Below, one piece after another: positions 17,295 through 26,900 of a DNA stretch of 64,000 nt. Source of the stretch: Bacteroidales bacterium (GTDB lineage: Bacteria; Bacteroidota; Bacteroidia; Bacteroidales; VadinHA17); the NCBI GenBank assembly GCA_003141895.1, contig PLNT01000043.1, positions 20,813 to 84,812 on the forward strand, read 5' to 3'. The number at the start of each line of letters is the position of its first letter. The stretch's first letter is position 1. Made by a program: the position numbers and the translations under genes. The notes below the pieces were generated by a model. That model made no database searches. It saw only the letters and a program-made list of their open reading frames with translations, and had not been told where the DNA came from.

Positions 17295-18857
17295 ATGAAA
17301 GCAAGGATTAGTTTGTTCTTTCTTAAGATGAAGAGTTATCTGGCAAAGTCAGCTCTTCCCAAGTTGATTTTTATCGCTTTGGGCATCTCCTCAACGATCT
17401 GGTTCCTGATCAGGGTAATTCCAAAGCCTCAGAGAGCAACTTATCCATGTATGAGAGCAGCTGCTCCTGTTATGTCAGGTTTTATAATTTACCTTATTTC
17501 ATTATCCGGCTCTGTCCTTGCATTCCGGAAAGCTAAAGATCATTTCAGGAAAGCGCGTTTCATCTACGCCGTATCTTTTTTTTGTATTGCAATATTATGT
17601 GCCTTTCTCTTTTTGACAAATAAGCCTCAAACCGTAAGCGCAAACAGCGTTGATGTTAGTATAACCTCCAATGCACCGATTGGTACGGGACATGGAATTT
17701 TCCCGGGAAGGGTTGTATGGGTTTTTGATCCAAAAGTTGCAACCTGGAATGGGACAAATAAATATTGGTGGGATGAAATGAGCACCTCCCAGACAGAAGC
17801 AAACATAATGCTTGGAAATGTATTGAAATCGCTTAGCGGCAAAAATTCAGAGGCAAAATCATGGGATGCGCTTTTTAAAAATTTCAATGAAGAGAAGAAA
17901 AATATTAAGGCTGGTTATATTGCCAATCAAAAAATTGCTGTAAAAATTAACCAGAACAATACCAAACGTCATGCTGATACTACTGGTCTGAACGCTTCTC
18001 CACAATTGGTGTATGCATTGATTCTAAGTCTTACAAAAGAAGCTGGAGTGCCACAAAAAGATATTACAATATTTGATGCCAGCCGGTTTATCTGCGACAA
18101 CATTTTCAATAAATGCCATAAAGATTTTCCGGAAGTTAATTTCGTTGATAATGAAGGGGGAGAAGGACGCATAAAATCAACTTATGTTGCAAATGCTATT
18201 CCTTATTCTGTTGATAACGGTAAACTGGCAACAGGCCTGGCTTCATGTGTTGTTGAGGCAGATTATGTTATCGATATGGCTCTGCTTAAGGGACATATTG
18301 GTCAGGGAGTTACTCTGTGTGCAAAGAATTTTTACGGGGCGACAAGCATTGATCGCAGCTGGCGAAAAAATGCACATGATAATTTTAATCAGGATCCGCA
18401 GGGGAAAGATAAATATATGACATTTACAGATTTTCTCGGGCATAAAGATCTCGGAGGTAAAACACTTTTGTTCATGATTGACGGTTTTTATGCCGCGCGT
18501 TCACAGGACGGCCCTCCTCTGATAAAAGATAAATGGAGAATGGAGCCTTTTAATAACAGGTGGTGCTCGAGTCTTTTTGCATCACAGGATGGTGTTGCCG
18601 TTGACGCCGTAGGGATTGACTTTCTAAGGGCAGAATGGCCTGATCTGGCTGACATTGCATATACAGAAAAATACCTGGTGGAAGCAGCTCTTGCAAATAA
18701 CCCGCCATCCAAAACCGTATACGATCCCGAACGGGACGGGACAAGATTAAAAAGTCTCGGTATTCTCGAACATTGGAATAATGCAACAGATAAGAAATAC
18801 AGCAGGAACCTTGGTAAGAATTACGGGATTGAATTGGTTTACGTTCCGGTAAATTAA
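17295..18857 (+). CDS. membrane-anchored DUF362-like protein
   Basis: Two or three N-terminal TM helices. 'KIAVKINQNN', 'LLKGHIGQGVTLCAKNFYG', 'LFMIDGFYAARSQDGPP' and 'ASQDGVAVDAVGIDFL' resemble the DUF362 pattern. Confidence 0.55.
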   Translation: MKARISLFFLKMKSYLAKSALPKLIFIALGISSTIWFLIRVIPKPQRATYPCMRAAAPVMSGFIIYLISLSGSVLAFRKAKDHFRKARFIYAVSFFCIAILCAFLFLTNKPQTVSANSVDVSITSNAPIGTGHGIFPGRVVWVFDPKVATWNGTNKYWWDEMSTSQTEANIMLGNVLKSLSGKNSEAKSWDALFKNFNEEKKNIKAGYIANQKIAVKINQNNTKRHADTTGLNASPQLVYALILSLTKEAGVPQKDITIFDASRFICDNIFNKCHKDFPEVNFVDNEGGEGRIKSTYVANAIPYSVDNGKLATGLASCVVEADYVIDMALLKGHIGQGVTLCAKNFYGATSIDRSWRKNAHDNFNQDPQGKDKYMTFTDFLGHKDLGGKTLLFMIDGFYAARSQDGPPLIKDKWRMEPFNNRWCSSLFASQDGVAVDAVGIDFLRAEWPDLADIAYTEKYLVEAALANNPPSKTVYDPERDGTRLKSLGILEHWNNATDKKYSRNLGKNYGIELVYVPVN

Positions 18858-19375
18858 TCACAATCCTGTTCAACCCTGATAATTGGTTTTACATCATATC
18901 CGTTATCGACAGCTTTCCGGAGAAGCATATTATAAGTTTCTTCATCCATTTTCTTTTCCCTTGAAAGGATCCACAGATATTTAAATGAGGGTTCCCCTAC
19001 AAGAACATACTTATAATCCTTATCGAGTACCATGATCCAGTAATCTCCTGAGAAAGGCCAGAAAAACTGTACTTTGAGCTTTGCAGGGCTGTTTTTATCC
19101 GGAATCCAGGCAACTCCTTTTGCACTGTTGACTTTTTGTGGATCGGATAAAAGATTACCTTTGTTAATCACTGTTATTTTCCCGTCATCGCGCAGAATAT
19201 AAGTGGCCGAAGGGCATTTTAATTTTCTCTCGAACCAGTTGGGAAGGCGTGCAATTTCATACCACAGACCTTTATATCTGTAGAGATCGACTGTCGATTC
19301 CACTGTGGGTACCTTTTGGGATTTTGCTGAAGTGAATATCATTATAATAAAAAAGATTAATGCTGTTTTTTTCAT
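18854..19375 (-). CDS. blc: bacterial lipocalin (outer-membrane lipoprotein Blc family)
   Basis: 'YKGLWYEIARLPNWFE' is the lipocalin signature. 173 aa with a signal peptide. Confidence 0.85.
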   Translation of the reverse strand: MKKTALIFFIIMIFTSAKSQKVPTVESTVDLYRYKGLWYEIARLPNWFERKLKCPSATYILRDDGKITVINKGNLLSDPQKVNSAKGVAWIPDKNSPAKLKVQFFWPFSGDYWIMVLDKDYKYVLVGEPSFKYLWILSREKKMDEETYNMLLRKAVDNGYDVKPIIRVEQDCD

Positions 19376-19612
19376 TTAAGATATTTTCTTTAGAACAAGT
19401 AAAATCAGAATCTGTTCGAACTCTCCGTTATCAGGTTTAATTATTGGGAAGTCTTATATGTTAAAAAGCTTCCTCTGAGTTTAATCAATAATTAACACTC
19501 TATTAACAACATTTCGATAAATAGGCTTCATTCAGGCATAAAATTTGTAATGTAATATGATAAATGACAAGAACAAAAAAGATTTAAAGAGAGATTAGAG
19601 GAGGAAATTAAA

Positions 19613-20113
19613 ATGAAAAATCTGATGAACTTTAAAAAAGCGGTTTATTTAACATTAATTGTTACTGGAATCGTGAGTATACAAAGTTGCATAGTGTACC
19701 GTCCTTATCCTGAAAATGCACAGTTGTTAAAAGTACCTGATATTATCCAGATGAGTAAAGACGGAGTATCTTCAAAGGATATTATCAATGAAATAAATCA
19801 ATCCCATACTGTTTATTCTCTTAAAGCAGATCAGCTTGTAAAACTCAGGGACGAGGGAGTACAGGATTCGGTATTAAATTATATGGAGGAGACTAAGATA
19901 AGTGCAATTCAGCAAAATCAGCGATATGCAGATTCAGCTTACTGGATGATGGCTGCTGATGGTTTCTATTATGGAGCTTTTGGCTTAGGATTTGGCTGGC
20001 CTTATGGCTACTTAGGATGGGGCTGGGGACCTACTGTTATATTAAGGAGCTATGGAGGTTTTCACAGCGGCGGAGGCTTTCATGGCAGCGGATTTCATGG
20101 AGGGAGACGTTAG
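19613..20113 (+). CDS. hypothetical lipoprotein with Gly/aromatic-rich C-terminus
   Basis: Lipobox 'VSIQSC', a C-terminal 'GFGWPYGYLGWGWGP...GGFHSGGGFHGSGFHGGRR', and a terminator hairpin downstream. Confidence 0.5.
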   Translation: MKNLMNFKKAVYLTLIVTGIVSIQSCIVYRPYPENAQLLKVPDIIQMSKDGVSSKDIINEINQSHTVYSLKADQLVKLRDEGVQDSVLNYMEETKISAIQQNQRYADSAYWMMAADGFYYGAFGLGFGWPYGYLGWGWGPTVILRSYGGFHSGGGFHGSGFHGGRR

Positions 20114-20123
20114 AACTAAAAGA

Positions 20124-20150
20124 AGCCCGGCTTTATGTCGGGTTTTTTTG
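20124..20150 (+). terminator. intrinsic terminator
   Basis: The stem pairs CCCGGC with GTCGGG (one G-U pair). It is followed by TTTTTTT, 10 nt after the stop codon. Confidence 0.6.
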
Positions 20151-20160
20151 TTAATTTTCC

Positions 20161-20856
20161 ATGATGATAAAAATGTTTCTTTCTAAAGTATTTTATTTGT
20201 TTTGCGCAGGCATTCTTTTTAGTTGCCAATCAGATTTCCCAGGCAATTATAAGGGGACTCCCTACACTGATAAAATATACAATGCTGGTCCTCAACCAAT
20301 TCCTGGTAAACTTCAATGTGAGTATTATGATTTTGGAGGAGAAGGAGTAGCTTTTCACGATGTAGATACAATCAACTCAGGAAGCGGAAGATTAAATCCG
20401 GCCGAAGGTACTTATCTGAATGAATTCAGAATTAATGAAGCCGTGGATATCTCTTACACTAAGTTTCGTGATCCTGCTATAGATAACAACCCTTATAATC
20501 TGGTGGAACCGCTAAAGGATCAGCTCTATGTAGGTTGGACCCAACCTGGTGAATGGACTAAATATACCGTAAATGTAAAGAGGGCAGGAACATACCAGTT
20601 GGGAATCATGTATACGTCAAATCAAAACGGGAAGATTTCCATTTCGGTTAATGACAAAGACGCAACCGGTCCTATTTCTATCCCGGCAACATTTGTTGCA
20701 GCAGACACAGTCGCATGGAGGCAATGGCATCACTGGAATTATATTGATCAGATTGCACGTATTAATCTGAAAAAGGGGTTACAGACAATCACCCTTCACT
20801 CTGTTGAGATTGGTCAGATGAATTATGATTTTATCAATTTTGAACTGGTAAATTAA
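20161..20856 (+). CDS. lipoprotein with CBM6/CBM35-like carbohydrate-binding module
   Basis: Lipobox 'ILFSC'. 'IPGKLQCEYYDFGGEGVAFHD' and 'GEWTKYTVNVKRAGTY' match the usual CBM6-type pattern. Confidence 0.65.
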   Translation: MMIKMFLSKVFYLFCAGILFSCQSDFPGNYKGTPYTDKIYNAGPQPIPGKLQCEYYDFGGEGVAFHDVDTINSGSGRLNPAEGTYLNEFRINEAVDISYTKFRDPAIDNNPYNLVEPLKDQLYVGWTQPGEWTKYTVNVKRAGTYQLGIMYTSNQNGKISISVNDKDATGPISIPATFVAADTVAWRQWHHWNYIDQIARINLKKGLQTITLHSVEIGQMNYDFINFELVN

Positions 20857-21864
20857 CTACTTGTTTATTAAGGCATCCAGTATTGGTCTTACCCATTGTT
20901 CATTGTCAATGTCGTAGAGTATAAAATCGCTGTCGAATTGCCAGTATGCCCAGCAGAAACCCAGTTTTTCGGCCGTGCGGGCGACAAAAGATGTATAGCG
21001 GACCCTTGATTCAATATCACCTTTGTCATAGGAACCAAATTCACCAAGGAAAATTGGTCTGTTGTTTTGCAGGGACCAGTCAGCTGCAACCTTGAGTTTA
21101 GATTCTACTTCATTTATCTCTTCAGGTGTGCCATTCCATTTTATGCCGCTCAGATTCTTATATTCGGCTGCCCAGGCTGCTCCCTGGTGAGTAAAACGCA
21201 TACGATGGTAAAAATGCACTGTTACAATGATGTTCCTGTCATTTTCAGGTAGTTTTAATGTAGTTAAACTTTCAATACCGTTCCAGTTTCCAGGGCCAAT
21301 GATCAGAGTGCGGTCGGGATTGGTCGACCTGATGATATTGACTGCTTCAGACAGGAACGTATTCCATATTTCCACAGTGAGCTTCTGGTTTGGCTCATTC
21401 AAAAGCTCAAAAACTAAATTGCGCGATTTGTCTTTGTACCTTTGAGCAATCTGTCTCCAGAATGAAAGGAACATCTCTTTTTTTTCTTCAGGATTATCAG
21501 CCATCGTTGTGAACTCGTGCAGATCGAGGATAACCATAAGATTTGCCTCAAAGCTTTTATTAACCACCCAATCAAGTGTTTCCAGCCATTTGGTATTGAT
21601 TTTATTCTGACCGTCCATTTGTGAGAAAGGATTCAGGTTTACCCGGACAGTTGAAAAGCCGGCATCTTTGATCATTTTAAAGTACGACTCCTTGAAGCGT
21701 CCTTTTGTATGGTCCATCCAGAATGCTTTATCATATCCGAGGATGTTAACTCCTCTTCCCAGTTTAAGACATGGATTGCTGGCAGAAACGATTTGTGCTA
21801 ATGATATCTGGTTTATGGAAATACTAACCATAAACACAGCGACGAAGAAAAAAAGTCTTTTCAT
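20857..21864 (-). CDS. glycoside hydrolase family 5 (cellulase/mannanase-like)
   Basis: Signal peptide. The acid/base motif is 'FELLNEPN' and the nucleophile motif is 'FLGEFG'. 'HFY' is also present. Confidence 0.85.
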   Translation of the reverse strand: MKRLFFFVAVFMVSISINQISLAQIVSASNPCLKLGRGVNILGYDKAFWMDHTKGRFKESYFKMIKDAGFSTVRVNLNPFSQMDGQNKINTKWLETLDWVVNKSFEANLMVILDLHEFTTMADNPEEKKEMFLSFWRQIAQRYKDKSRNLVFELLNEPNQKLTVEIWNTFLSEAVNIIRSTNPDRTLIIGPGNWNGIESLTTLKLPENDRNIIVTVHFYHRMRFTHQGAAWAAEYKNLSGIKWNGTPEEINEVESKLKVAADWSLQNNRPIFLGEFGSYDKGDIESRVRYTSFVARTAEKLGFCWAYWQFDSDFILYDIDNEQWVRPILDALINK

Positions 21865-22072
21865 AGAATGATGCTTAGGTTATTGTTTTTTACCTGGGGC
21901 AAAGTAAGTTGTGAAATCAAATTTAGCAAATTTTTGATAAATTTGGTTTAACTTGATTGGTAGATCTAAGAATGTGATGATACAAATAATTAATTGGAGT
22001 CTTCAAATCCGGATCTTCATTGCTTATTTGTCTAAAAAGTTTAGCTTTATCCTTAGATTTCAACATTTTATT

Positions 22073-23050
22073 ATGAAAGCTGCAGTTACCGGAGCCAGTG
22101 GACATATTGGAAATTGCCTTGTACGGGAGCTGAAGAAACAGGGGGCCACGATAAAAGTTCTGGTTCACAATTTCAGAAGTGATTTAAATGAACTGGATAT
22201 TGAGCTTATCAAGGGAAATCTGCTTGAACCTGAATCTTTGATTTCCCTTTGCGAGGGAGTGGATGTTGTATTTCATCTTGCAGCTCAAATTGATATTGGT
22301 AACAAATCAGTAGCACAAATATATGATACCAACGTTACAGGTACTAAAAACATAATAAAAGCAGCTAATCACGGAAAGACAAAGAAATTCATTCATTTTA
22401 GCAGCATACATGCTTTTCAAACTGAACCTACAGATCTTATGTTCGACGAAAGCAGACCATTGGTTCAAACAAATAAAACAATCTATGAGTATACCAAAGC
22501 TATGGGCGAAAGTGAAGTTATGAAAGCGGTGAAGGAAGGATTAAATGCGGTAATTTTAAATCTCACGGCGGTAATTGGCCCTTTTGATTACAGAGGCTCT
22601 TTGCTGGGTCAGGCACTTCTAAAAATTTATCAGAATAAATTACCCTTTTTGGTCTCCGGCGGATACAACTGGGTTGATGTACGTGATGTGGTGGCTGCTT
22701 CATTACAGGCAATTGAATCGGGACGTAATGGAGAGAATTATATCCTTTCAGGGAAATTCTGCAGCCTCCGGGATTTGTCAGCAATGATAAGTAAAATATC
22801 TGGCTACAAAATTCCTGTAATTGTTCCGGTTTCCCTTGCGCGTATGGCTTGTCCGTTTTTTAAGATTTACTCATTAATTTCAAAAAAGGAACCATTGTAT
22901 ACATATCAGTCACTTAACATTCTGGTCAATTCCCCGACTAATATATCAAATGCAAAAGCCGTAAAGGAGTTAGGGTATAAACCACGACCTTTTGAACAAA
23001 CACTCAGAGACACATTTGACTGGTATAAAGAGAAAAAGTTTATAAACTGA
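22073..23050 (+). CDS. NAD-dependent epimerase/dehydratase (extended SDR, dihydroflavonol reductase-like)
   Basis: 'MKAAVTGASGHIGNCLVREL' (GxxGxxG) lies at the chosen ATG at 22073. 'YEYTK' is the catalytic YxxxK. The track's upstream extension has no homology signal. Confidence 0.8.
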   Translation: MKAAVTGASGHIGNCLVRELKKQGATIKVLVHNFRSDLNELDIELIKGNLLEPESLISLCEGVDVVFHLAAQIDIGNKSVAQIYDTNVTGTKNIIKAANHGKTKKFIHFSSIHAFQTEPTDLMFDESRPLVQTNKTIYEYTKAMGESEVMKAVKEGLNAVILNLTAVIGPFDYRGSLLGQALLKIYQNKLPFLVSGGYNWVDVRDVVAASLQAIESGRNGENYILSGKFCSLRDLSAMISKISGYKIPVIVPVSLARMACPFFKIYSLISKKEPLYTYQSLNILVNSPTNISNAKAVKELGYKPRPFEQTLRDTFDWYKEKKFIN

Positions 23051-23302
23051 TATGATATCACACGAGATATTTGACATACTGTGCTGGATCTGGATCGCTG
23101 TTGCAGTTGTTATATTTCCAATACTTTTAAAAGTTACACAATTGTTTTCTTACCAGACAACCAGCATGTGTGTTTATTTGTTATACATTAATTATGGTAT
23201 AATTTATTTTATAGCATTAGTGAAGATGAATAAAATTAAATTTAAAAAAATGAAATTTGTTTTGGTATTTATCCCATATGTACTACATTTGCACCTCGAT
23301 AA

Positions 23303-23376
<74 letters not shown>

Positions 23377-23383
23377 AAGAAAA

Positions 23384-23420
23384 AGCCTTGTTGCGAAAGC
23401 AACAGGGCTTTGTTATTTTC
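23384..23420 (+). terminator. intrinsic terminator after tRNA-Met
   Basis: The hairpin is AGCCTTGTTGC-gaaa-GCAACAGGGCT. It is followed by the T-rich tract TTGTTATTTT. Confidence 0.6.
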
Positions 23421-23928
23421 AGACTCGTCAAGAGCTTGCTCTTGTAAGAGGATGGAAATAATAAAGCCTGTATTCCGCTTTAGCGGAAAAGGCTTTTTCT
23501 TTGTTAAGCACCCCTAAGAGGATCAAGCCGAACAAAGTGAGGCTTAATCCTCCGATTTTTTACCCCCAAATCCCCTAAAGGGGGCTTAAATTCGAGATAT
23601 CAATTGAATCTGTTATTTGAAATAAATCTCTAAAGCTGAAAGGCAGATGCAGGGCTTTTTCTTCGGGCTGTTATCCAAAAAGGAAAAAGCTGAGTGAAAC
23701 GAGGCTTAATCCTCCTTAACCTTAATCATTGTTGATTGGGGGTTTTTCTTTTATATCTTCTGACGTTATCATAAAATAACATTTTAAGGAGAAGAGACCT
23801 ATAACTTTAAAAGTCAGATATTGTCAGTTTTGAATATTTTGGTAAATCAGTTTAACATTGTCTTTGGTGATAAAGAAGGTACTGATAATTGGACCTGCCC
23901 TCACCTCATTTTTAAACCAGAATGAAAA

Positions 23929-25449
23929 TTAATTTAAGCTCGGGATCCTAAAACTCCACGCTATTTTACATGGCCGTTTCGACTCATCCTGTAATTCTGC
24001 AGGAAGTAAAATTTCCAAACCTGTTTTCTTATTATACTTCCATTCCAAAGGCTTTGCCCAGCCCAACATATATATTTCGGAACCTTGTTCAGGCTCTACT
24101 GTTCTTAGTTTGAGCCGTTGACCTGGCCAACTACGACTGATGGCATAAATGGTTTGTCTGTCCTTTGTGCGGGTATAACGGATAGTATCGCCCTCTTTCC
24201 AAAGATTGCCCACGCGCGGACGGGTAGCGTAAATGGCCTCCCCGTTGACTTTTAACCAGGCCCCCGTCTCTTTAATTGCCTGAATTACCCTCGGGTCGAA
24301 GCGACCAGTGGCATCTGGGCCGATACCCATCATGAAGTTACCTCCTTTTGCAACAATATCCGTCAGACTATTGATAATCCAGGCAACGCCTTTGAAATCA
24401 TCGTTTTTAACGTACGAAAAAGATTTGCCAAAGGGGTAAATTACAAACCATGGCATATCAGTGTTCTCCTGACTGCCGGGAATAAACCCTTCAGGTGTAT
24501 AATAGTCGCCATAATTGCCAATACCCCGTGCGCGGAACATTACCTCGGGCTGTATTTTACGGAAATCTTTCATTTCCTGGCGCATCTGTGGCCACACTTT
24601 CTTGCCCAACCACTGATCGAGGCATATCATATCAATCTTGCCATAATTAATAAGCAGTTGAGTAAGTTGTTCACGGTGATAGGCCATCATCCGATCTTCC
24701 TCATTAGGGGTTGGGTTTTGTACCATGATGTAAGGTGTGTTTTCTCGCACCTCAATGCCGTAAAGTTTTGGATGTTCCTTAACATCAGGTATCTGTAACG
24801 GATGATAGTTGTAAGGTCTGAAATCGGCATTGTACCAATCCGGATGCGAATAATAAAGATCAATCTTAAGTCCATATTTATGGGCGGCATCGCAAAGTTC
24901 TTTAATTACATCGCGGTGAAATGGTGTTTCCATGATGCTGTAAGCCAGGTCGCAATCTTCCAGGACAGGACCTCTGGGGGCAATCCAGTTGACCCTCTTT
25001 TTAACCCGGGCTTTGGTATCAAACATTGAGAAGCCTTCGTGGTGCATAGTAGTGATGGCGAACATTTTAATGCCATTATCACTGAACAGTTTCATCCATT
25101 CCTCAGCATTAAAACCGGTCGGGTTCCAGGTCTTATAAAGTTCCTGGTAGGCTTGTTTCTTTTCATTTGAGAGCGTAAGAAATGGCCATGATTCATTACC
25201 TTGCCCTGTGATCGAGTACAATCCCCAATGAATACGTACCCCGAACTTCATATCGCGGAATGCCTCAATAGTGGCTGGCGAAGGATGGTGATAACCGGAG
25301 TCAGGCTTATCTTCGATCCAATCTTTGACACGGAGGTAATGAACATCATTCTTAGGCAACGTGTAGTTCAATGCAGGAACGGACTCTTGTGCAGAAGTAA
25401 ATGCACTGATTGTTATGAGAAAAATAATAGATAGAACTATTGTTTTCAT
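23929..25449 (-). CDS. alpha-L-fucosidase (GH29), secreted
   Basis: 'GVRIHWGLYS' and 'TTMHHEGFSMFDT' are GH29 signatures. The signal peptide begins at the second Met ('MKTIVLSIIFLITISAFTSAQ'), so I chose 25449 as the start. Confidence 0.85.
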   Translation of the reverse strand: MKTIVLSIIFLITISAFTSAQESVPALNYTLPKNDVHYLRVKDWIEDKPDSGYHHPSPATIEAFRDMKFGVRIHWGLYSITGQGNESWPFLTLSNEKKQAYQELYKTWNPTGFNAEEWMKLFSDNGIKMFAITTMHHEGFSMFDTKARVKKRVNWIAPRGPVLEDCDLAYSIMETPFHRDVIKELCDAAHKYGLKIDLYYSHPDWYNADFRPYNYHPLQIPDVKEHPKLYGIEVRENTPYIMVQNPTPNEEDRMMAYHREQLTQLLINYGKIDMICLDQWLGKKVWPQMRQEMKDFRKIQPEVMFRARGIGNYGDYYTPEGFIPGSQENTDMPWFVIYPFGKSFSYVKNDDFKGVAWIINSLTDIVAKGGNFMMGIGPDATGRFDPRVIQAIKETGAWLKVNGEAIYATRPRVGNLWKEGDTIRYTRTKDRQTIYAISRSWPGQRLKLRTVEPEQGSEIYMLGWAKPLEWKYNKKTGLEILLPAELQDESKRPCKIAWSFRIPSLN

Positions 25450-25492
25450 TATTTTAAAGCTTGAAATTGTTAACAAATTGATTTTTTATTAT

Positions 25493-26815
25493 TTAACCGA
25501 CTAAATTAACTAAGTGTCCCCCATCCTGATTAACATAATCCTGCAATTCTTTGTTACTTACGAGTGGACCCGTTAAAAAAAGAACAATAGCTAATCCAAC
25601 GAGGGAAATGAGTCCGTATCCAATAAAAACCGCATTATAGGCTATTGCATAATTAAAATGAGTTGACAGGTTTTTTATTGCTATGCCTGATACTGACTGG
25701 AAAACCACACCTCCCAGGCCGGCTCCGACACTTGCAACGCCCCATACTGAAGCTGTAGCGCTTTTTGGTACTACATCTGCCGGAAATGCCATAGTGTTAG
25801 CTGTATATGCCGCATACCCAAATCCTGCAATAGCCAGTACAATTAGTGCACCTGTAGGGCCGGTTATAACTAACGGTCCAAATAACAGGGATAATGCCAT
25901 AATTAACCCAAAAATGCCAACAGATATTTTCCGCGCTTTGGGGATTTCAATTCCTTTTTTAATTATAAATTGAGTGAACAGACCACCTAAAATATTTCCA
26001 AAATCAGCAACAATAAAAGGGAACATGGCAAACCATCCTATCTTAGCCAGGTTCCATCCATATACATCGGCAAGATATCTGCCGATCCAAAAAGTAATGA
26101 AATACCAAACCGGATCCATGAAAATCTTTGATAAAGTTAGACCAGAAACAAATCTATTCTTTAACAACTTTAAAGGAGGAATAATTCTGGCTTTTGCCTC
26201 TTTGACAACCTTTTTTGGGGTATAATAAATAAACCAGAATGAGGCCAGCCATATATACCCCAATACTCCAACAACCAGGAAGGTTGCCTGCCATCCATAA
26301 GTCGTTCCCAACCAGGCAATTAATGGAGGAGCAACAACAGCCCCTACAGAAGCGCCACTATTAAAAATTCCTGAGGCAGTTGAACGTTCATCTGGAGGGA
26401 ACCATTCTGAAGTGAGTTTTATTGCCGCGGGCCAGTTTCCTGCTTCTCCGATTCCTAATAAAAACCGGAAAAATCCAAATTGAAAAGGAGACATTGCCAG
26501 GGCATGCAGTATTCCTGCAGTTGTCCAGAATCCCATAGTTAATGAATACCCAATACGTGTGCCCAGTTTATCAATAGCAAAACCTGAAAAGGCATTGGAA
26601 ATCATATAAGCTATGAAAAACGCCGATGCTATATAACCAAATGCATCATCAGGGATAATTCCCCGTAAATATCCGTTAGCAGTCAGGTAAGTAAATGATA
26701 ATCTGTGCAAATAATTTAATACTGTTGCAACAAAGGCAAAAGATATCATTACCCAGCGCATTCTGGAGGATCTGCTTTGCACTATAAAGTTTTCATTTCC
26801 TGAATTTTTTCTCAT
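25493..26815 (-). CDS. MFS transporter (ACS/hexuronate-like subfamily)
   Basis: About 12 predicted TM segments. 'LNYLHRLSF' and 'GLGEAGNWPAAIK'-like motifs are typical of ExuT-type MFS transporters. Confidence 0.8.
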   Translation of the reverse strand: MRKNSGNENFIVQSRSSRMRWVMISFAFVATVLNYLHRLSFTYLTANGYLRGIIPDDAFGYIASAFFIAYMISNAFSGFAIDKLGTRIGYSLTMGFWTTAGILHALAMSPFQFGFFRFLLGIGEAGNWPAAIKLTSEWFPPDERSTASGIFNSGASVGAVVAPPLIAWLGTTYGWQATFLVVGVLGYIWLASFWFIYYTPKKVVKEAKARIIPPLKLLKNRFVSGLTLSKIFMDPVWYFITFWIGRYLADVYGWNLAKIGWFAMFPFIVADFGNILGGLFTQFIIKKGIEIPKARKISVGIFGLIMALSLLFGPLVITGPTGALIVLAIAGFGYAAYTANTMAFPADVVPKSATASVWGVASVGAGLGGVVFQSVSGIAIKNLSTHFNYAIAYNAVFIGYGLISLVGLAIVLFLTGPLVSNKELQDYVNQDGGHLVNLVG

Positions 26816-26900
26816 TAATTATTTTTGACAAGGGTAATGTACCGAATTCGCTAATCGACCATTTCCTGTAATGTATATTCTTGCTCTCTTTCCCATTTAC

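Noticed and set aside
23539-23714. The 15-bp direct repeat GAGGCTTAATCCTCC as att-like evidence for an integrated element at the tRNA
   Set aside because: By rough expectation, an exact 15-mer pair occurs by chance several times in 64 kb counting both strands. The repeat is not derived from the tRNA 3' end and no integrase is present. It is kept only as a weak note under the 23504-23928 finding.
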